A stretch of 64,000 bases of DNA, from positions 37,262,001-37,326,000 of the forward strand of contig OX597818.1 of assembly GCA_951406725.2 (NCBI GenBank). The letters run 5' to 3'. The stretch comes from Octopus vulgaris. Its lineage: Eukaryota. The translations under genes were made by a program, and so were the position numbers. Under the pieces are notes generated by a model, which worked only from the letters and a program-made list of their open reading frames with translations, searched no databases and was not told the DNA's origin. Shown piece after piece: positions 10,701 through 24,260 of this stretch. Position 1 is the first letter of the stretch. Each line of letters starts with the position of its first letter.

Positions 10701-13700
10701 AATTTTCTTAAACTTTCTGTATTTTATCCCATCCTAAGTCCACTTGCTTCTCCTCCATCTATTCATAACTCCCCCCCTCACTCTATACAGAATCTGGTCA
10801 AGAGTTTACTTCTAATCTTCAGAAATGTTCATGATCATAACTTGCCCAAATTATTTCGATTTTTTAAGTGTTAGACTTAATCCAAACCAAAACCTAGCCC
10901 TCTGTTGCAAGCATTCAGGGCCCAGCCACTTGAGCATAACTTACTTCCTCCCACTATTCTCAGAGACCCTGAAAAAGGTTTATTGGTACTGTCCTTTCTC
11001 TTGATTAAATCATGTAAAACCAAAGGGAAAAAAATCTTTCAGCTTTGTAGGACCTGGGGAAATTACTTCTGATTCACCTTTTGAAATTAACTATTTCAGT
11101 TAACTTCATTTGCAAGCTCTCTAATGTTCTGGGACAATAGATTTATTTATATCTTGGTCAGGAACACCAACATAAAACATACTAAAGTGAACAGTAGGAA
11201 AATGAATTGATTACATAATATATTGCTTCGACTAGTAGTGGGTGGGACATAACATTTAAAGCATAGCTGGAATACTCCATCTCATGACCAAAACTTAAAT
11301 AAACTGGCAGTAAATTTCAAAGAACATATTATGTGTGTTAGTTATTATCATATCTTAAGTATTCTAACCATTGAAAAACAAAAGGGGTTTGAAATACACT
11401 AGGTTACATTTTAGATGCCTGAATTTTCTGGGAGTGATTTTATCAAGTTAACTCTAATTTTTTTTACATAAGTAACTCGATAATATCTGTTACTAGATTA
11501 TGTACCAATCCTATTGTTATTATATCTAAAGTTGCTGAGGTAACTTTAGATCAACTGGATATTGAACCACTTGCTCATTGGGTACAATCAGATTTGATGC
11601 ATTAGTTTGGTTGTATTTTTAAACCAAACACTTTAGTCTATATTGCCTTAGTTCACATCAATATCAGGAAGGAGCAACTAGATCATTTGGAAAATAGTAT
11701 CTGTTATATTCATACATCCTACATAGGAAGGGAGAGTTATCACTGGTCTGTTATATATCCAGAGTTGAGCACTGACACTTTAAAGTCTTTCCTTAGTTAT
11801 ACAGGAAGTGACCCTAACTCACATTTCAATCTATTACTAAATAAGTGTTATATGAACCAATTTTAAAAATAATTTAACTATGACGTTTCTAAGTTTACAA
11901 AGGACAAGTGCTTTCAGAAACAAAATCTCATTCAATTTTATACTGGCCTTTAATACATAAATTATGAAATAAACACACACATATACATATATGACCATTT
12001 AGTATTCTGTATTGTTATCAGTTTCCTCTGGTGGCTTCTTCTTGTTGATTTTCTTTAATGTTACTTTTATGCTGCTCAGAATTATAAAGTTTCAAATAAA
12101 ATGAATGCAAGTTTGTTTTACAATATTTAATTTAGATATGTTATTATTTTCTCAACAAAAACATTTAACAACACTTAGTAAATATTAAAATTGTACTGCA
12201 CCTTAATGACAATAATATACACTTGCTAGAACTTGCCATCTACACAAATATTTTTTTTTTCTAAAAGCCCCATATTATCAATATTGTTAATACATTACAA
12301 TACAAAGCCATGTCTCTAGGACAAATATAAATATCATCTCCCAGCAACTGTTGATTTTGTAATGCCTAAACACAACCCCATTATGAAACACTGTTCAAAC
12401 AATATTCCATAATAGGGTTTACATTTCTGATGGAATATAAACCTCCATGCACTGACATCCTAAATTGATTTTCAGAAGAAAGTTATCTATGTAACCACTT
12501 CACTTCCATACTGAACATCACTATTCCATTTTCACCTTGTGAATATTTCTATAATACATACTCTAAACACTCTCAAATTTTCAGAATACACTAGCCATAT
12601 TGTGCCTCTCTTTTCAAACCATCTTGTTAAACCCATCTCACTTCTTCTTCCTGCTTTTATTATTTTTCACCTTAAAACTCTCACTAAACATAATCACTTT
12701 ATGAAACTGTTCCTTTTTCATGAGTTCCTGCTCTCTAGTTCTCCAATATTAAGATCAACTGCATCAGTCTTACCCGCTCCTTCTTTCTCAAACATACAGA
12801 AAGCAAAATTCCCTTCACACAGGGATAGTTTGTTAATGGCAGGAATATAGTTTTCTCCATACTATCCTATAAAGAAGGTATTTGTTCTCATTTATGGTTA
12901 AATGGGAAAATCCAGTGAATTCTCATTGGACTTGTTGCAGTGATTTGTGGAATGTAGATTTGCTGTGATGAACCTAAATGATTCATTCATCAAATGGTCA
13001 ACATTTCTTTATTTCGAGTTCTCCTTATTATGGTGGAAGAGCAATAATCCATGTAGTGCAAGTGTTGACTTAAGGTGAAAACAAGAGAATATTATAGAAG
13101 TGGTCAAATTTTGCCATGTTTTCAAAGTGAGAATTTTGAAATATAATATAGCTTTGGTATGCACCTTATCTACTTCAACTTCAATGAGTTATTAATGAAA
13201 TACCAATTTCTGATATTTCAGTTACTTCTTATTCAGCTGAACAAACTTCCTGTGGGGTCTGATTGAGAATAGGTGAAATTCAAGTTGCATCCCTTTATTT
13301 TTCAATGTGAAACTAGCAGTTAAAATATTACTGCAAAACAAAAAACTTAACATAATGATTATATCATATTTTGTCCTGAACTATGATGAATCCAAGACAA
13401 ACAGGCACAGTTGTTGTAACTGCTACTTTTTAATACATCTTATAACATGAAGCTCTTCTTTCTTCCCCTCAAATAATTCTCTATTTATCTTTCTTTGAAT
13501 CTATTGGAAGGTTTGAGGAAGGACACACTAGACTGATTTTCACTCTCTCTTCAAGAGATAGGTAGACAATGACACCTAACATCAGGAATAAGAGTTGCAG
13601 TGTTGATTACCTAACCAAAGGTCACCATTGCTGTCACTAAAGTAAAGTAGTGCCAAGTGAGAACTGAAAAGAGATCACACACTTTGTTGCTGTTTAGCCC

Positions 13701-14264
13701 TAGGTCAGCCCTGGTGCAGCAGACCTATGGTTGGAGATATGCCAACAATGATGATCATGTCTTCTTTGACCAAGACAGTAGAGTATTATTTGAAGGTAAT
13801 TTGACTGCTATTTCTAGCTGACGAAGCATTCAGTGCTTGCCACTGCTGGACAAGTGTCAAATGAAGTGATATGAAACTCTGTTTCAATTTTTTCATCTGT
13901 ATCATCATAAAAATAATTATTATTAATGAAAAAAAAAGTTAACTGTGTACCATGTGAGTTTAACTTGGAATAATTTTTTGTGATTTTTTCTTAACGTGTA
14001 TAATAAATCTCATATCTCATAAGATCATTAATTGTATTACATATTCTTAGCTCTGTTGTATATGGTGCTATTGGTATATTATCAAACAAAAGAATGGCTG
14101 ATTTCTCTTTCCTCTTCTATCTGTTAGTTTATTTGCTATGTCTGACTAGTGGAGATATCAAACTTACCAGTTAATAATAATAATGTTTTCTTTAATTCAC
14201 TACTAAGAGTTATAAGAGCACTTCGGTACGGTACTGGACAACACAATGTGAAGTTACATAACTA

Positions 14265-14640
14265 TAATAATAGTAATCCTTTCAGCTGTAAGCACAAGGC
14301 CCGAAATTTTGGAAGAAGGGATCAGTTGATTACGTTGACTCCAGTGATCAACTGATGTTTATTTTATCAACCCCAAAAGGACAAAAGGCAAAGTCGCCCT
14401 CAGTGGAATCTGAACTCAGAACATAAAGATGGGTGAAGTGCCGCTAAGCATTTTGCCTGGCATGTTAACAATTCTGCCAGCTCGCCGCCTTAATAATCCT
14501 TTCTATTATAGGCACGAGGCCTGAAATTTGGGGGAGGAGTTGGTTGATCACATTGACCCCAGTATTCAACTGGTACTTTATTTATCAACCCCGAAAGGAC
14601 GAAAGGTAAAAGTCAAACTCCTCAGAATTTGAACTCAGAT
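14265..14640 (-). mobile_element. Head-to-tail pair of SINE family B (5' ggcggcgagctggcagaa..., core gactttgcctttcatcctttcgggg, TTA tail)
   Basis: Two consecutive copies joined at a taataatcctttcta junction. The same family recurs at least 12 times in the window. Confidence 0.85.
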
Positions 14641-16099
14641 CCTAGCTTACAAGGTTTTGGTAACAGACACTTACCAAAGGCTTCTTATGTGGCTATGCCA
14701 TGGTATTGAACCTGGATCATCTATCATGATAGTGAAGCAAATTTCTTAACCACTTGGCAACACACGCACACACATACACACACATACACACACACTATAT
14801 TGAGAGTTACTTCCCTTGCTGTAAGTTACCTTTTGTCTTTAGTTTATTCACAACTGGTTATGTATGGTCCTATTAGGAACAAATGGTGTTTTTTTTATAG
14901 TGTCTGTTTTTGCTTTGCTTTGTTTTATTTTTATTTTTTTCAAATAGAAAGACTTGTTACCTTATTTATATTTTTGGATAACATACAGGAATAAAAAGAT
15001 ATCTAAAAGTGAAATGTGAGAATTGGAAAAGAAAAGAATTTTCAAAAACCTCATTCTGATTTTGCATATTTTTGTTGTACAAGTTATTTTCTACATTTAT
15101 TTATTTTATTCATTTATTCTTGAATTAGCCTTGCACAAGATTGAAGTCTCACTGCTGTCATATTAATAGCCAGCCATCCCTTGTAACCACATATTATTTG
15201 GTAACATGTATCATGCTATCACTAAGTGTTTAAGGGGCCTAATGTATCACAAGCAAACATTGATGCCCTCCAGGGTCTCTCACCAGTGACCCAGCACAAC
15301 ATCTAGTTTGTGACAGCTGGAGGGAAAGAGGACTACACCAGCATGCAGCCGATTCTCGTTACAGCTGAATAATAGACTGAAGCATCATGGAAAACAAACT
15401 GCTTTGTCCAGAGACACAGTACACCATCTGGTCCAGGATTTGAACCCATGATGTTATGACCATTAGCTGAGCCACTTGACCAATGCTGTAGAAGAAATAT
15501 TAAATTGAATTTATGCTGGCCTCCTATAAACATTGGTGGTGTACTTATTTAACATCCTGGTGAAATACTGTCAAACGTAACGTGTTTTGAATGTATATTC
15601 TGCATTATCCATTAATTAGCAATGGCTATTAATTATTAGCTCCATTGATTTTAGAAATAATTAATGAAAAATAAGAGTTGTTGCAATAATACATTTTTTT
15701 AGAAACATTGAGCAATTGATCGACAAAATCACTAAAGTCTCACACAAATGCACTATGGTAATTGTTCAAACCCTGCTGATGTCAATCTTGCCTTGCATCT
15801 TTCAAAGATCAACTAAGTACCTGTTAAGTACTGGGGTTAGATCTTCTCTCTCCACTCACACACACACTGTACAATCAACTCAAAATTTTCCATAAATTTA
15901 ACTTGACTCTCAATATTGAATCACCTTATTGGTAAATGTTCTGTTGTATTCTTAAACTAGCTTTAAAATAAATAACATTTACACACTCCATACTCTCTGA
16001 ATTGTGTGCATTGTGAGGGTTGAACTAAAGAAAACAGTGTTGCATGGCATGAAATGGTGAAAAAAAAAAAGTGAGTGAAATGATATGACAGGAAAAAAT

Positions 16100-18059
16100 T
16101 GTGGAATCCAAATTGTTGCTAATTTGGGTTGCAGAACCTGCATCTTCTTTACCACACTTACTTGCCCAAATATGACTGTTTTATTGTTTTGGAGGGGTAA
16201 TAAAATTAAGTCAACTTCATGATTTGAACAGGGAATTGTGAGACAGTGCTTTGGATGGGGATAGATCTAGTACATTAGATCAACTAAATGCCCGAAACTC
16301 TACCAGCAATGAATGTCTCACCTCTGCTAAATCTAAGACACCTTAGTTACATTCACCACCTTGCAAGGTTTGTCATTCTGCATTCTTCACTCAACCAAAG
16401 CTTACAACTCCAAAACTCCTTAGTAGCTCACTTGCAACTGTGCTGTGCAAATGAAAAACATTGTTTATGTTAAGAAGACCCCTACTATCACCACCACCAC
16501 AACTCTTGTAAGATGACCATTTGGGAAGCAAAATATCATCATCATCATCATTTAACGTCTGCTTTCCATGCTAGCATGGGTTGGACGATTTGACTGAGGT
16601 CTGGCGAACCAGACTCCAATCTGATCTGGCAGAGTTTCTACAGCTGGATGCCCTTCCTACTTTTGTTATTTCACAGCTTGCAATCCCTCTCACCTCCTGT
16701 TTTACTACTGGGTGTTCTGCTTCTTTACTATCACAGTCTTGACTAACTTTGTAGACTCCTATCTACCACTTCTCAACTAGGTTGACTCTCACTGATAAAG
16801 TCATTGCTTGCATTACTCATTTTAGTTTCAGCTTTACACTGCATACATGCTACGAAACCCTTCGAAAATTCTTCTCTACTAATCTACAAACCCAACAAAA
16901 TGACTTTCCCCAGCATTATCCTCAAAAAGTGAACTGAAAGTCTAGTTCCTATCCTTCCCAATTTATGGAAATTCTAAACAGTTGGTCCACTCCCCCCAAA
17001 AAAGGCAACCTCTCTGGCTTTATCAACTATTGTTTTATCATGCTAACTTCCAATACCTCAAATGTCTAAGAAACAGTCATAATAACCATTTCCTTTCTCT
17101 CAGTGACTACCAATGTTGTTTCTGTAGAGCCAGTTCTGCCAGAAATTTGCCCTATTACATCATGTACCTTTTAGAACTTCAATAAAAGTAATATTGTGCT
17201 TATATTATGTCTAACATGAAAGCCTCTGAGTTGAGTTGACCACTTAGGGGTTACAACTGTCTCTCTCCTTTGGTTCAGTAGTTTCCCCTAAGACTGGACC
17301 ATTGTAATGTGCTCTTAAAGAGCTTTCTCGCTCTCTCACTTCACCTCAGCTCTGTTCTTGCCTAAGATTCAATTTGATACTTTTCTTTAATTCTGTACAT
17401 TAACGACTATTTGCCATTACTTCTTAACATACTGGACATACTCTAGTTCCATGAATGAAGGCATCAGATTTTTTTTAACAGCATCAACACAATCACTATA
17501 GATATGTAATAAATATTCTACAGCCATGTAATTTACACACAATCAGAGATTCCACAAATACTAGGCAGCTTCACATATATTGTAACATTACCAAATCTGC
17601 ATCCAAAATACCCAGTCTTCCTCTTGAAATTCAGAAAACGATTAATCTGACAAACAAAAACTCGCTCTCCAATACATTACAACTCCAGGTTCATAGATGT
17701 ACAGTCTCTCCGTCACAGTTACAATAGCTCTGCTACTCTGAACTAGTAAGAGGTGATTTAAAGTTTGCACCTATATCTCCTCTCTTCAATATTACTGTAT
17801 CTCACTCTTCAGATTCTGCACTGAATTATTTGATGACCATTCGTCCTTTCTCTAAACTGCTACTCTCTGGAATACCATACCTTCCCACATTAACCTGCAA
17901 CAGTAGGCACAATATAAACCTCACCAAGCTGAAACCTGTTACAGAAGTTGTATATGTTCTGCATCCTCTTTTGATTAATTTCTTCCAAAAATATTTAGGG
18001 ACATATTCAGAGTGTTTCATTGTTTTGTGTAAAACTAGTCAAATTTTTTGACTAACACC
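16100..18059 (+). mobile_element. Highly decayed CR1/L2/Jockey-like LINE remnant
   Basis: RT-like fragments: tctgttcttgcc (SVLA, GSVL-P motif) near 17350 and ctgtacattaacgac (LYIND) near 17393. C/A-rich strand bias, many stops. Boundaries approximate. Confidence 0.45.
16535..16660 (-). mobile_element. SINE family C 3' end (RTE-like (GAT)n tail)
   Basis: atcatcatcatcatttaacgtctgctttccatgctagcatgggttggacg is the reverse complement of the 3' end of the copy at 49129-49497. Confidence 0.8.
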
Positions 18060-18070
18060 ATACTGCCTTA

Positions 18071-18318
18071 GGAGGCGCGTGGCTTAGTGGTTAGGGTGTC
18101 AGCATCATGATCGTAAGATTGTGGTTTCGATTCCTGGACCGGGCAATACGTTGTGTTCTTGAGCAAAACACTTCATTTCACATTGCTCCAGTCCACTCAG
18201 CTGGCAAAAATGAGTAACGCTGCGATGGACTGGCGTCCTGTCCAGCTGGGGAACACATATGCCATGGAAACCAGGCCCATGAGCCTGGCTAGGCTTTAAA
18301 AGGGCGCATTTATTATTT
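18071..18318 (+). mobile_element. Full-length tRNA-derived SINE family D (Meta/CORE-like centre)
   Basis: A-box tggcttagtgg, B-box-like gtttcgattcc, centre ttgtgttcttgagcaaaacactt...cagtccactcagctgg. 11-bp TSD atactgcctta (18060-18070 / 18319-18329). Confidence 0.9.
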
Positions 18319-18599
18319 ATACTGCCTTAAGGAAAAAAAAGAAAGGTCAATTAGATAGTGTGGTTCTAGACATACCAAGAAAGACATGATAGTCACAGCT
18401 GGAAAGTCATAGATCTGCTTATTCAGTGCTAAACAACAATAACAATAATCTTTACTTTTAGTGCTGCAACAAGAGTAATGGATGAATCTACTAAATATGG
18501 TAGGGGTATGCAGAAACTGAAGTAAAATTATTGCATCCACAGTACGAAAATATATTCTAAAGTCCCAGGATGAGGAAGGATTATCACCTAAGGTCATTA

Positions 18600-20040
18600 A
18601 CAAAACCCTACAGATACAACATGACTCTTTGAAGGATAAGTAGCCTTTCCCAAATACATTTAGTAACCTAGAGTCACATTCTGAGATTAAACCTATTCAA
18701 TCGGGCCTTGTTTGCCATTCCCACCTATCTTTCAATGAATTTGCTGGAGAAAGAGTATCTGTCTTCATTCCTTTCAGCTACTTTCACTTCACAACCTTTT
18801 TTACCATAGCTACTGGACAGAAGAAAACTTCCAGCACTTCCCAACCAACAGATTGCAAGGCCTACTTCACAATGAACAGCCAGGTCTGTCCTAAACTTAA
18901 CAACAGCTGTCCAGTAAATTCTGCAAGTCTGCAATACGCAGACACTGAATGATTCTGTGCAGAGTGGTTCCATCATCTTGCTTTCATTTTTGACAGATCC
19001 AGTTGATGGCACTCTCATACCTATTGAGTTTACCTCAAACCAGCAGAACCTACTAGTTGTATTTTGATATCAGAGATTTCTAGAATTTATCCATAGTCTA
19101 CAAGTGGAAAGTCACCAAAAACAGGCTGGTTCACTGTCAGCAACTCCCAGTTTCCCTGAGAACCAATGTCATACCTTCTCACCATTAACATTCTATAGAA
19201 TGCTAATATGAATGTTCCACCAACCATATTCCTGACTGGTAGCTGTGAGTACCTGACAACATTCCTGATGCCAGATACTTTACTTGATCCAGGACTGCAG
19301 CTCTGTCAAAGAGACAAGCTGTGGGAAAATGTATTTAAGAATGACTAGACTTGTTAATCATCCAAGAATCACTGTAAGTATAACTATACATCAGCCACAA
19401 CATGCTAGGCCCTCTGTGCAAAGAAGTGGAGTGCACACTCCAGTCTGGTCAGACAAAAACTGGGCAAGGGACAGGAGACCAAATACTTGACCTTTTAGTG
19501 ATAACTTCTTCTCAGTTTATTTTTTGAAAGAGACTAGTTACCTTGTCTCAGTTTTCATCTATTTAGATATCTAGATCCCAAGCTATTTGACTAGTCCAGT
19601 GGTTCAGTGCCCTGCAATATAGAATATCATGAACTTGGCTCTTCAGATACTGAGCTGCAAGACCACCAATTTATCCAGATTCATTTTCACTCCTCCCAGT
19701 GCCTCATATTCCTTTAGAATGGTACCAATCATTCTGACTGCCTGGTTGTCTGACACTATGGTGATGTCATCTGCACATTCCAATACAGGTCTCCCACCAT
19801 AGCAGCAGCATATGTAGACATCACTGTAATGGCATTGGACAGAATGTCCCTTGACACCTTGGCTCAAGAATCGGTACAAAGAGAGAAGATATCTTTTGAC
19901 TGACCAAATATATGATTCAAAATGGTCCCAATAGGTTTTCATTTTGTCTGACCAGTTAGAAAATATCAATGAACAGTTATGCAATTCAGCCTTTGAAAAT
20001 GAGACCAAAACCTTCCGAGGACAGCCATCAAGTAGCAATA
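18600..20040 (-). mobile_element. Decayed L1/Tx1-clade LINE ORF2 remnant
   Basis: ORF 19643-20038 contains CADDITIVSD...ILKEYEALGGVKMNLDK (YADD plus the L1-type Y-E-x-x-G-x-K-x-N motif). Further along the minus strand (about 18945-19010) is ICQK*KQDDGTTLHRIIQC, a CCHC zinc-knuckle remnant. Confidence 0.75.
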
Positions 20041-21059
20041 ATCAATCTGCATTTCATATGAACCAACTCTTTTTTATTTCTTTTATTTTTACAGGGACAT
20101 AAACAGATACAAACTATATATAAAAGTTTTCTAGTATTTATGCATCTGTGGAAAAAACTAATACTTTTCAAAAATTGCTTTTCGTTATTGTTACTGTATT
20201 TCCTGGTACTGCAGAGGATAACTTATAGCATATATCTATATGGTATTATATGTGTAAACCACGGTTTCTTCTCTATACTGATGGTCTATATAGGTGTGAT
20301 ATGCAGCTATGAAACATCTCACAGCTGGGAGAGGAATGTTAGGATTTTCTCAAAGAAAGATTTGAATTCAATATTCATCTGGAGGGTTGAACCATTGAAA
20401 ATATAGTGTTTTTGTTTGGGATATAATGTATAAATAGTGATAGAATATAAAACCTTGATTCTTGAAACCACATTTCTAAAAATATAATGTTTTAGTTAAT
20501 TTTGAAAACAGTCAAGAATTTAAAAGGATTCAATAAGTTAGCTAATCTTTTTTATTTTTAAACCTGGTGTTTGAACATAATGAAACAAAAGAAGGTTCTT
20601 AAATAAATATAATTATAATATTAATTTAATGATTTTTGTGTCAGATAAACAGTATTTTGGTTAGTATCAAAATAAAGTGTCAAACAGTAATTTTCCATGC
20701 AAAACGAAATTGCAGTAATGAAATCCTTTACACAAAAGCACTTTTGTGGTGATGAAAATTATTTTAAATAATTTATTTTTAATATCTGTTGCTGCTTTTT
20801 AGAGTTGTAATAAATTTGCTTCACCATCATAAATTGGAAATACAATGATGTGAAAACTGTTTTTATGATTAGTGTCATACATCTGATTAGTTTATACAAG
20901 TAGTGTCATGTTTTGTTTCAACTTTTCAAGATGCTCCCCTTCTGTCCTAAGTAAGCCTGGTCAATTATATAACCAGATATTGCTCACAATTATAATCATT
21001 GTTTTACAACTGCTATTCCATGCTTGCATGGGCTGGACAGGTTTACTCAAGCACAGCAT

Positions 21060-21430
21060 CTTGCTATTTTCCACAGTCTTTTGCCATCTTCGTAAGGTTC
21101 AGCCTCTTGAGATTAGCTTTCATCATGTCTTCTTTGACTTTCTGCATTGGCAAACTTCTTGATACTTTTACCTAATTTGCCATTTTCCACACCAATCACA
21201 TGTCCATAGCAATGCAGTCTTCTCTCTAGCACATGAGATCTAATTCTTTTTACGTCCAGTTTTACCTCTTGGCTCATTTGTGCTTCATCGTTCATTTCCA
21301 CTAACATTACACATCCATTTGAGCATGCTTGCTTCACTTCCTTCAAGCATTCAAACACCCTCCACATTCAGTGCCCTTATTTTACCACCATACAATATCA
21401 GTCTTCACATTCGAGCATCATACATTCACA
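21060..21430 (-). mobile_element. RTE (BovB-like) LINE C-terminal remnant
   Basis: KLDVKRIRSHVLERRLHCYGHV resembles the RTE R-R-L-R-W-Y-G-H-V motif. Confidence 0.75.
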
Positions 21431-21719
21431 TTCTCCTCTTGACATATTTGAAATGTTTGAAAATAATGGCTTTATTGTTGCTGCAACTTATTACATTTTT
21501 TTCCCATAGTAAATTAGACAATTGTCTATACTTCAAAAGTGTGCTTATATTCTCAAACTCTTGAAGAGCTGATAAGAAGCATAATTGTTAAATTCACTTT
21601 ATAATCACAGACTTAATATAAATTATTTTATAAACTATTTGATATCTCAAATATATTTTGCTAAAGTATGTTCTATACTGTAACTCAATTTACTTAATTA
21701 CTTTCATCATGATGTCTGA

Positions 21720-22960
21720 TTATTACCACATATCCATTCGTGCACAGATTGAACAGATCTTTTTCAGCAAAATGTCCCACTACTTCTTGTAAGCTCTTGT
21801 CAGATTCGGTATCCTGAGATCAACCTTCACCCCTTCTTTCTTGAACCTCCTCTTCACTTAAACTGCTTGGCACTACTTCAGTCAATTGTCCTCTTTGCTA
21901 TGCATGACCTGTTGTGCTAACACTGTCTTCTCTTCTGCACACTATGACTGATTTCTCTTAAATCCATTTTTTCATCTTTCTTTCAGCCCATCAGTACTCC
22001 ATTGTTCATGCTTACTAACATTAGATAACCAGCAGATTATGGTTGCTTCATCTCTTTCCATCCTTCCTTCACACATTCTCCACATTCAGCATCTCTATGA
22101 CAATACCACATTTTCTACACGTGCATAATGCAGTGTAACTTTCACCAAAAAACAAGCCCTTTGTTGTTCCTTAAACTTTTAATACCTCATCCTTATTCTG
22201 CTTACTGTGCTTTCATAACACCCACATCCACCATTAATCAGGTCACCTAGGTAACTGATGCCATCAGTTATTTCTAGCCAGCCTTCTGGGTAATTGAAAG
22301 AATTCATTTCATGGGAGCTCTTACTGCTAACTTCTGCACATTTGCTACATATAGAGTCCTCTGTTGACCTATATATGAAGCTGCTTCATTTTTTTTCTAC
22401 TCATAATTAGGTGCATAGTATACAGTTCCTACTGACTTCATTTTGTATAACTGGTATGGCCATTTCCCAAATACCACTAAGGTTCCTTTTTCTCCCATAC
22501 TAAGGCCTTTCACTTTGCTAGGTTTACTTTGTAGACACTGCATACAGTTTGGAACTTCTCCCTTAATTTCCTGGCATATTTGGCTGAGAACTAGGTTGTC
22601 ACTATACAGGAGTTCTCATGTATAGCTTCAACTTCGTTTTTATGACCTAGAGAACTAGAATTGGTTTATCAATTTCTTGATTCTGTAATCGATGTTTTAC
22701 TCTTGTAGTTGCCACTTTGAGAATAATACCTCACTCTACTATCTGATTTGACTTTTGTGCATACTATTTCAATGGATATTTTCAATTTTTTTGTGTCTTT
22801 CCTCGATGAACTCACCACTTTTCTTATCTTAATGATTCTTTTGACTGTATAGCTGTCCTACTCTTGGATATACTTACAATGCTCTCCCTTTTTCTCCCAT
22901 ACGTTCTCTGCTTGGACTAGTATTTCCATGCATTGTTGTTCTCCATATCAGTGAGGGCCA
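21720..22960 (-). mobile_element. Second, more decayed RTE remnant
   Basis: Nucleotide similarity to 21060-21430 (ctccacattcag, acagtctt blocks), plus RT-like segments such as a YLGDL-like motif near 22250. Boundaries approximate. Confidence 0.5.
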
Positions 22961-23837
22961 AATACACTACAATAATTATATATGCAATTGTCACAGTCTT
23001 GTGTTTTTCTTCCTACTGATTCAGTATCACACTCTGATCATCACAGCTTAGAATATAGATATAACTTTTACTTTCAGTTTTGCTTATTGCAAGATACACT
23101 TCTTGTCTAGCTTAAACATATACTTCTTTCATTCATTAATAAACCTGTTGTAGACATGAACATCACTGGCTCGAACCAACTGTTTATGGTAATTGTACAG
23201 AATGTATTATAGATAATAATGTAAATTTATTTTTTCCAACACCAACTTGAGTTTCTGGGGTTTTTTGCCTTTTCCATAGAAAATACAAGCAAGTGTATAA
23301 TATCAGCAATTTCTCAAAACTTTGTATTCAGATTATCAATATATATTCTGGGAACTAACTTTAAAATGTGATTTTTCAAGGTGATTTAACTGATTGAGGG
23401 TTATAGTTAAGATAATTTTTGTAATTAATTTACCTGGTAATCTGCACTAAGATGAGGCAGAATTATTGCAAAAACATTCATAGAAAAAAATAAATACAAA
23501 GCTTAAACTCTTAAGAGACCTTAATACCATCCTTTCTATGTTGTAATATTTAAGTTGAAATTTTACAAAATTTTTTTGGATCTTTGCTCTTGTGGACATT
23601 CCACGGATCTTTGTTTCATGGAAGTAGTTCTCAGAATGCTTGATCCTGTTTGAATTGTTTTAGCTGAAGAAAAGTTGTGGGAGGCTAAATGTCCGAATAA
23701 TGGGAGATTTGTCTTACATTTAATTCATAGCTCAAGTGAAATTAATTAGCAGCTCTATGGACACTTGTTATATATGTTTTGATATTTTTTTTTTTTTTGC
23801 TCTCAATATGAAAATAGAATGTTTAGTCCTTTGTAGA

Positions 23838-24260
23838 ATCTTTTCTACTCTAGGCACAAGGTTCAAAATTTTTCAGGAGTCCAGTCGATTAGATTGATCC
23901 CAGCATGCAACTGGTACTTAATTTATCAACCCCAAAATTACGAAAGGCAAAGTCAACCTCGGCAGAATTTGAACTCAGAACGTAAAGACAGACAGACTAA
24001 GTATTGCTAAGCATTTTGCCCAGCATGCTAATGTTTCTGCCAGCTCTCCACCTTTAAAATTATGTAATAATTATTTCTACTCTAGACACAAGGTCTTAAA
24101 AATTTGCGGGGAAGGGGGTTAGTCGATTACATTGATTCCATTGCTCAACTGGTACTTATTTCATTGACCCCAAAAAGATGAAAGGCAAAGCCAACCTCAG
24201 TGGAAATTGAACTAAGCATTTCCCCCAGTGTGCTAACGATTCTGCCAGCTCACTGCCTCA
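23838..24260 (-). mobile_element. Head-to-tail pair of SINE family B
   Basis: Two copies of ...ctactctaggcacaagg...aaaggcaaagtcaacctc...tctgccagctc separated by a TAA-rich linker. Confidence 0.85.

Noticed and set aside
18071-18145. tRNA-like sequence with A/B boxes (also at 42495 and 52624)
   Set aside because: It continues into a shared SINE body with TSDs and lacks a proper acceptor stem, so it is a SINE head rather than a tRNA gene.
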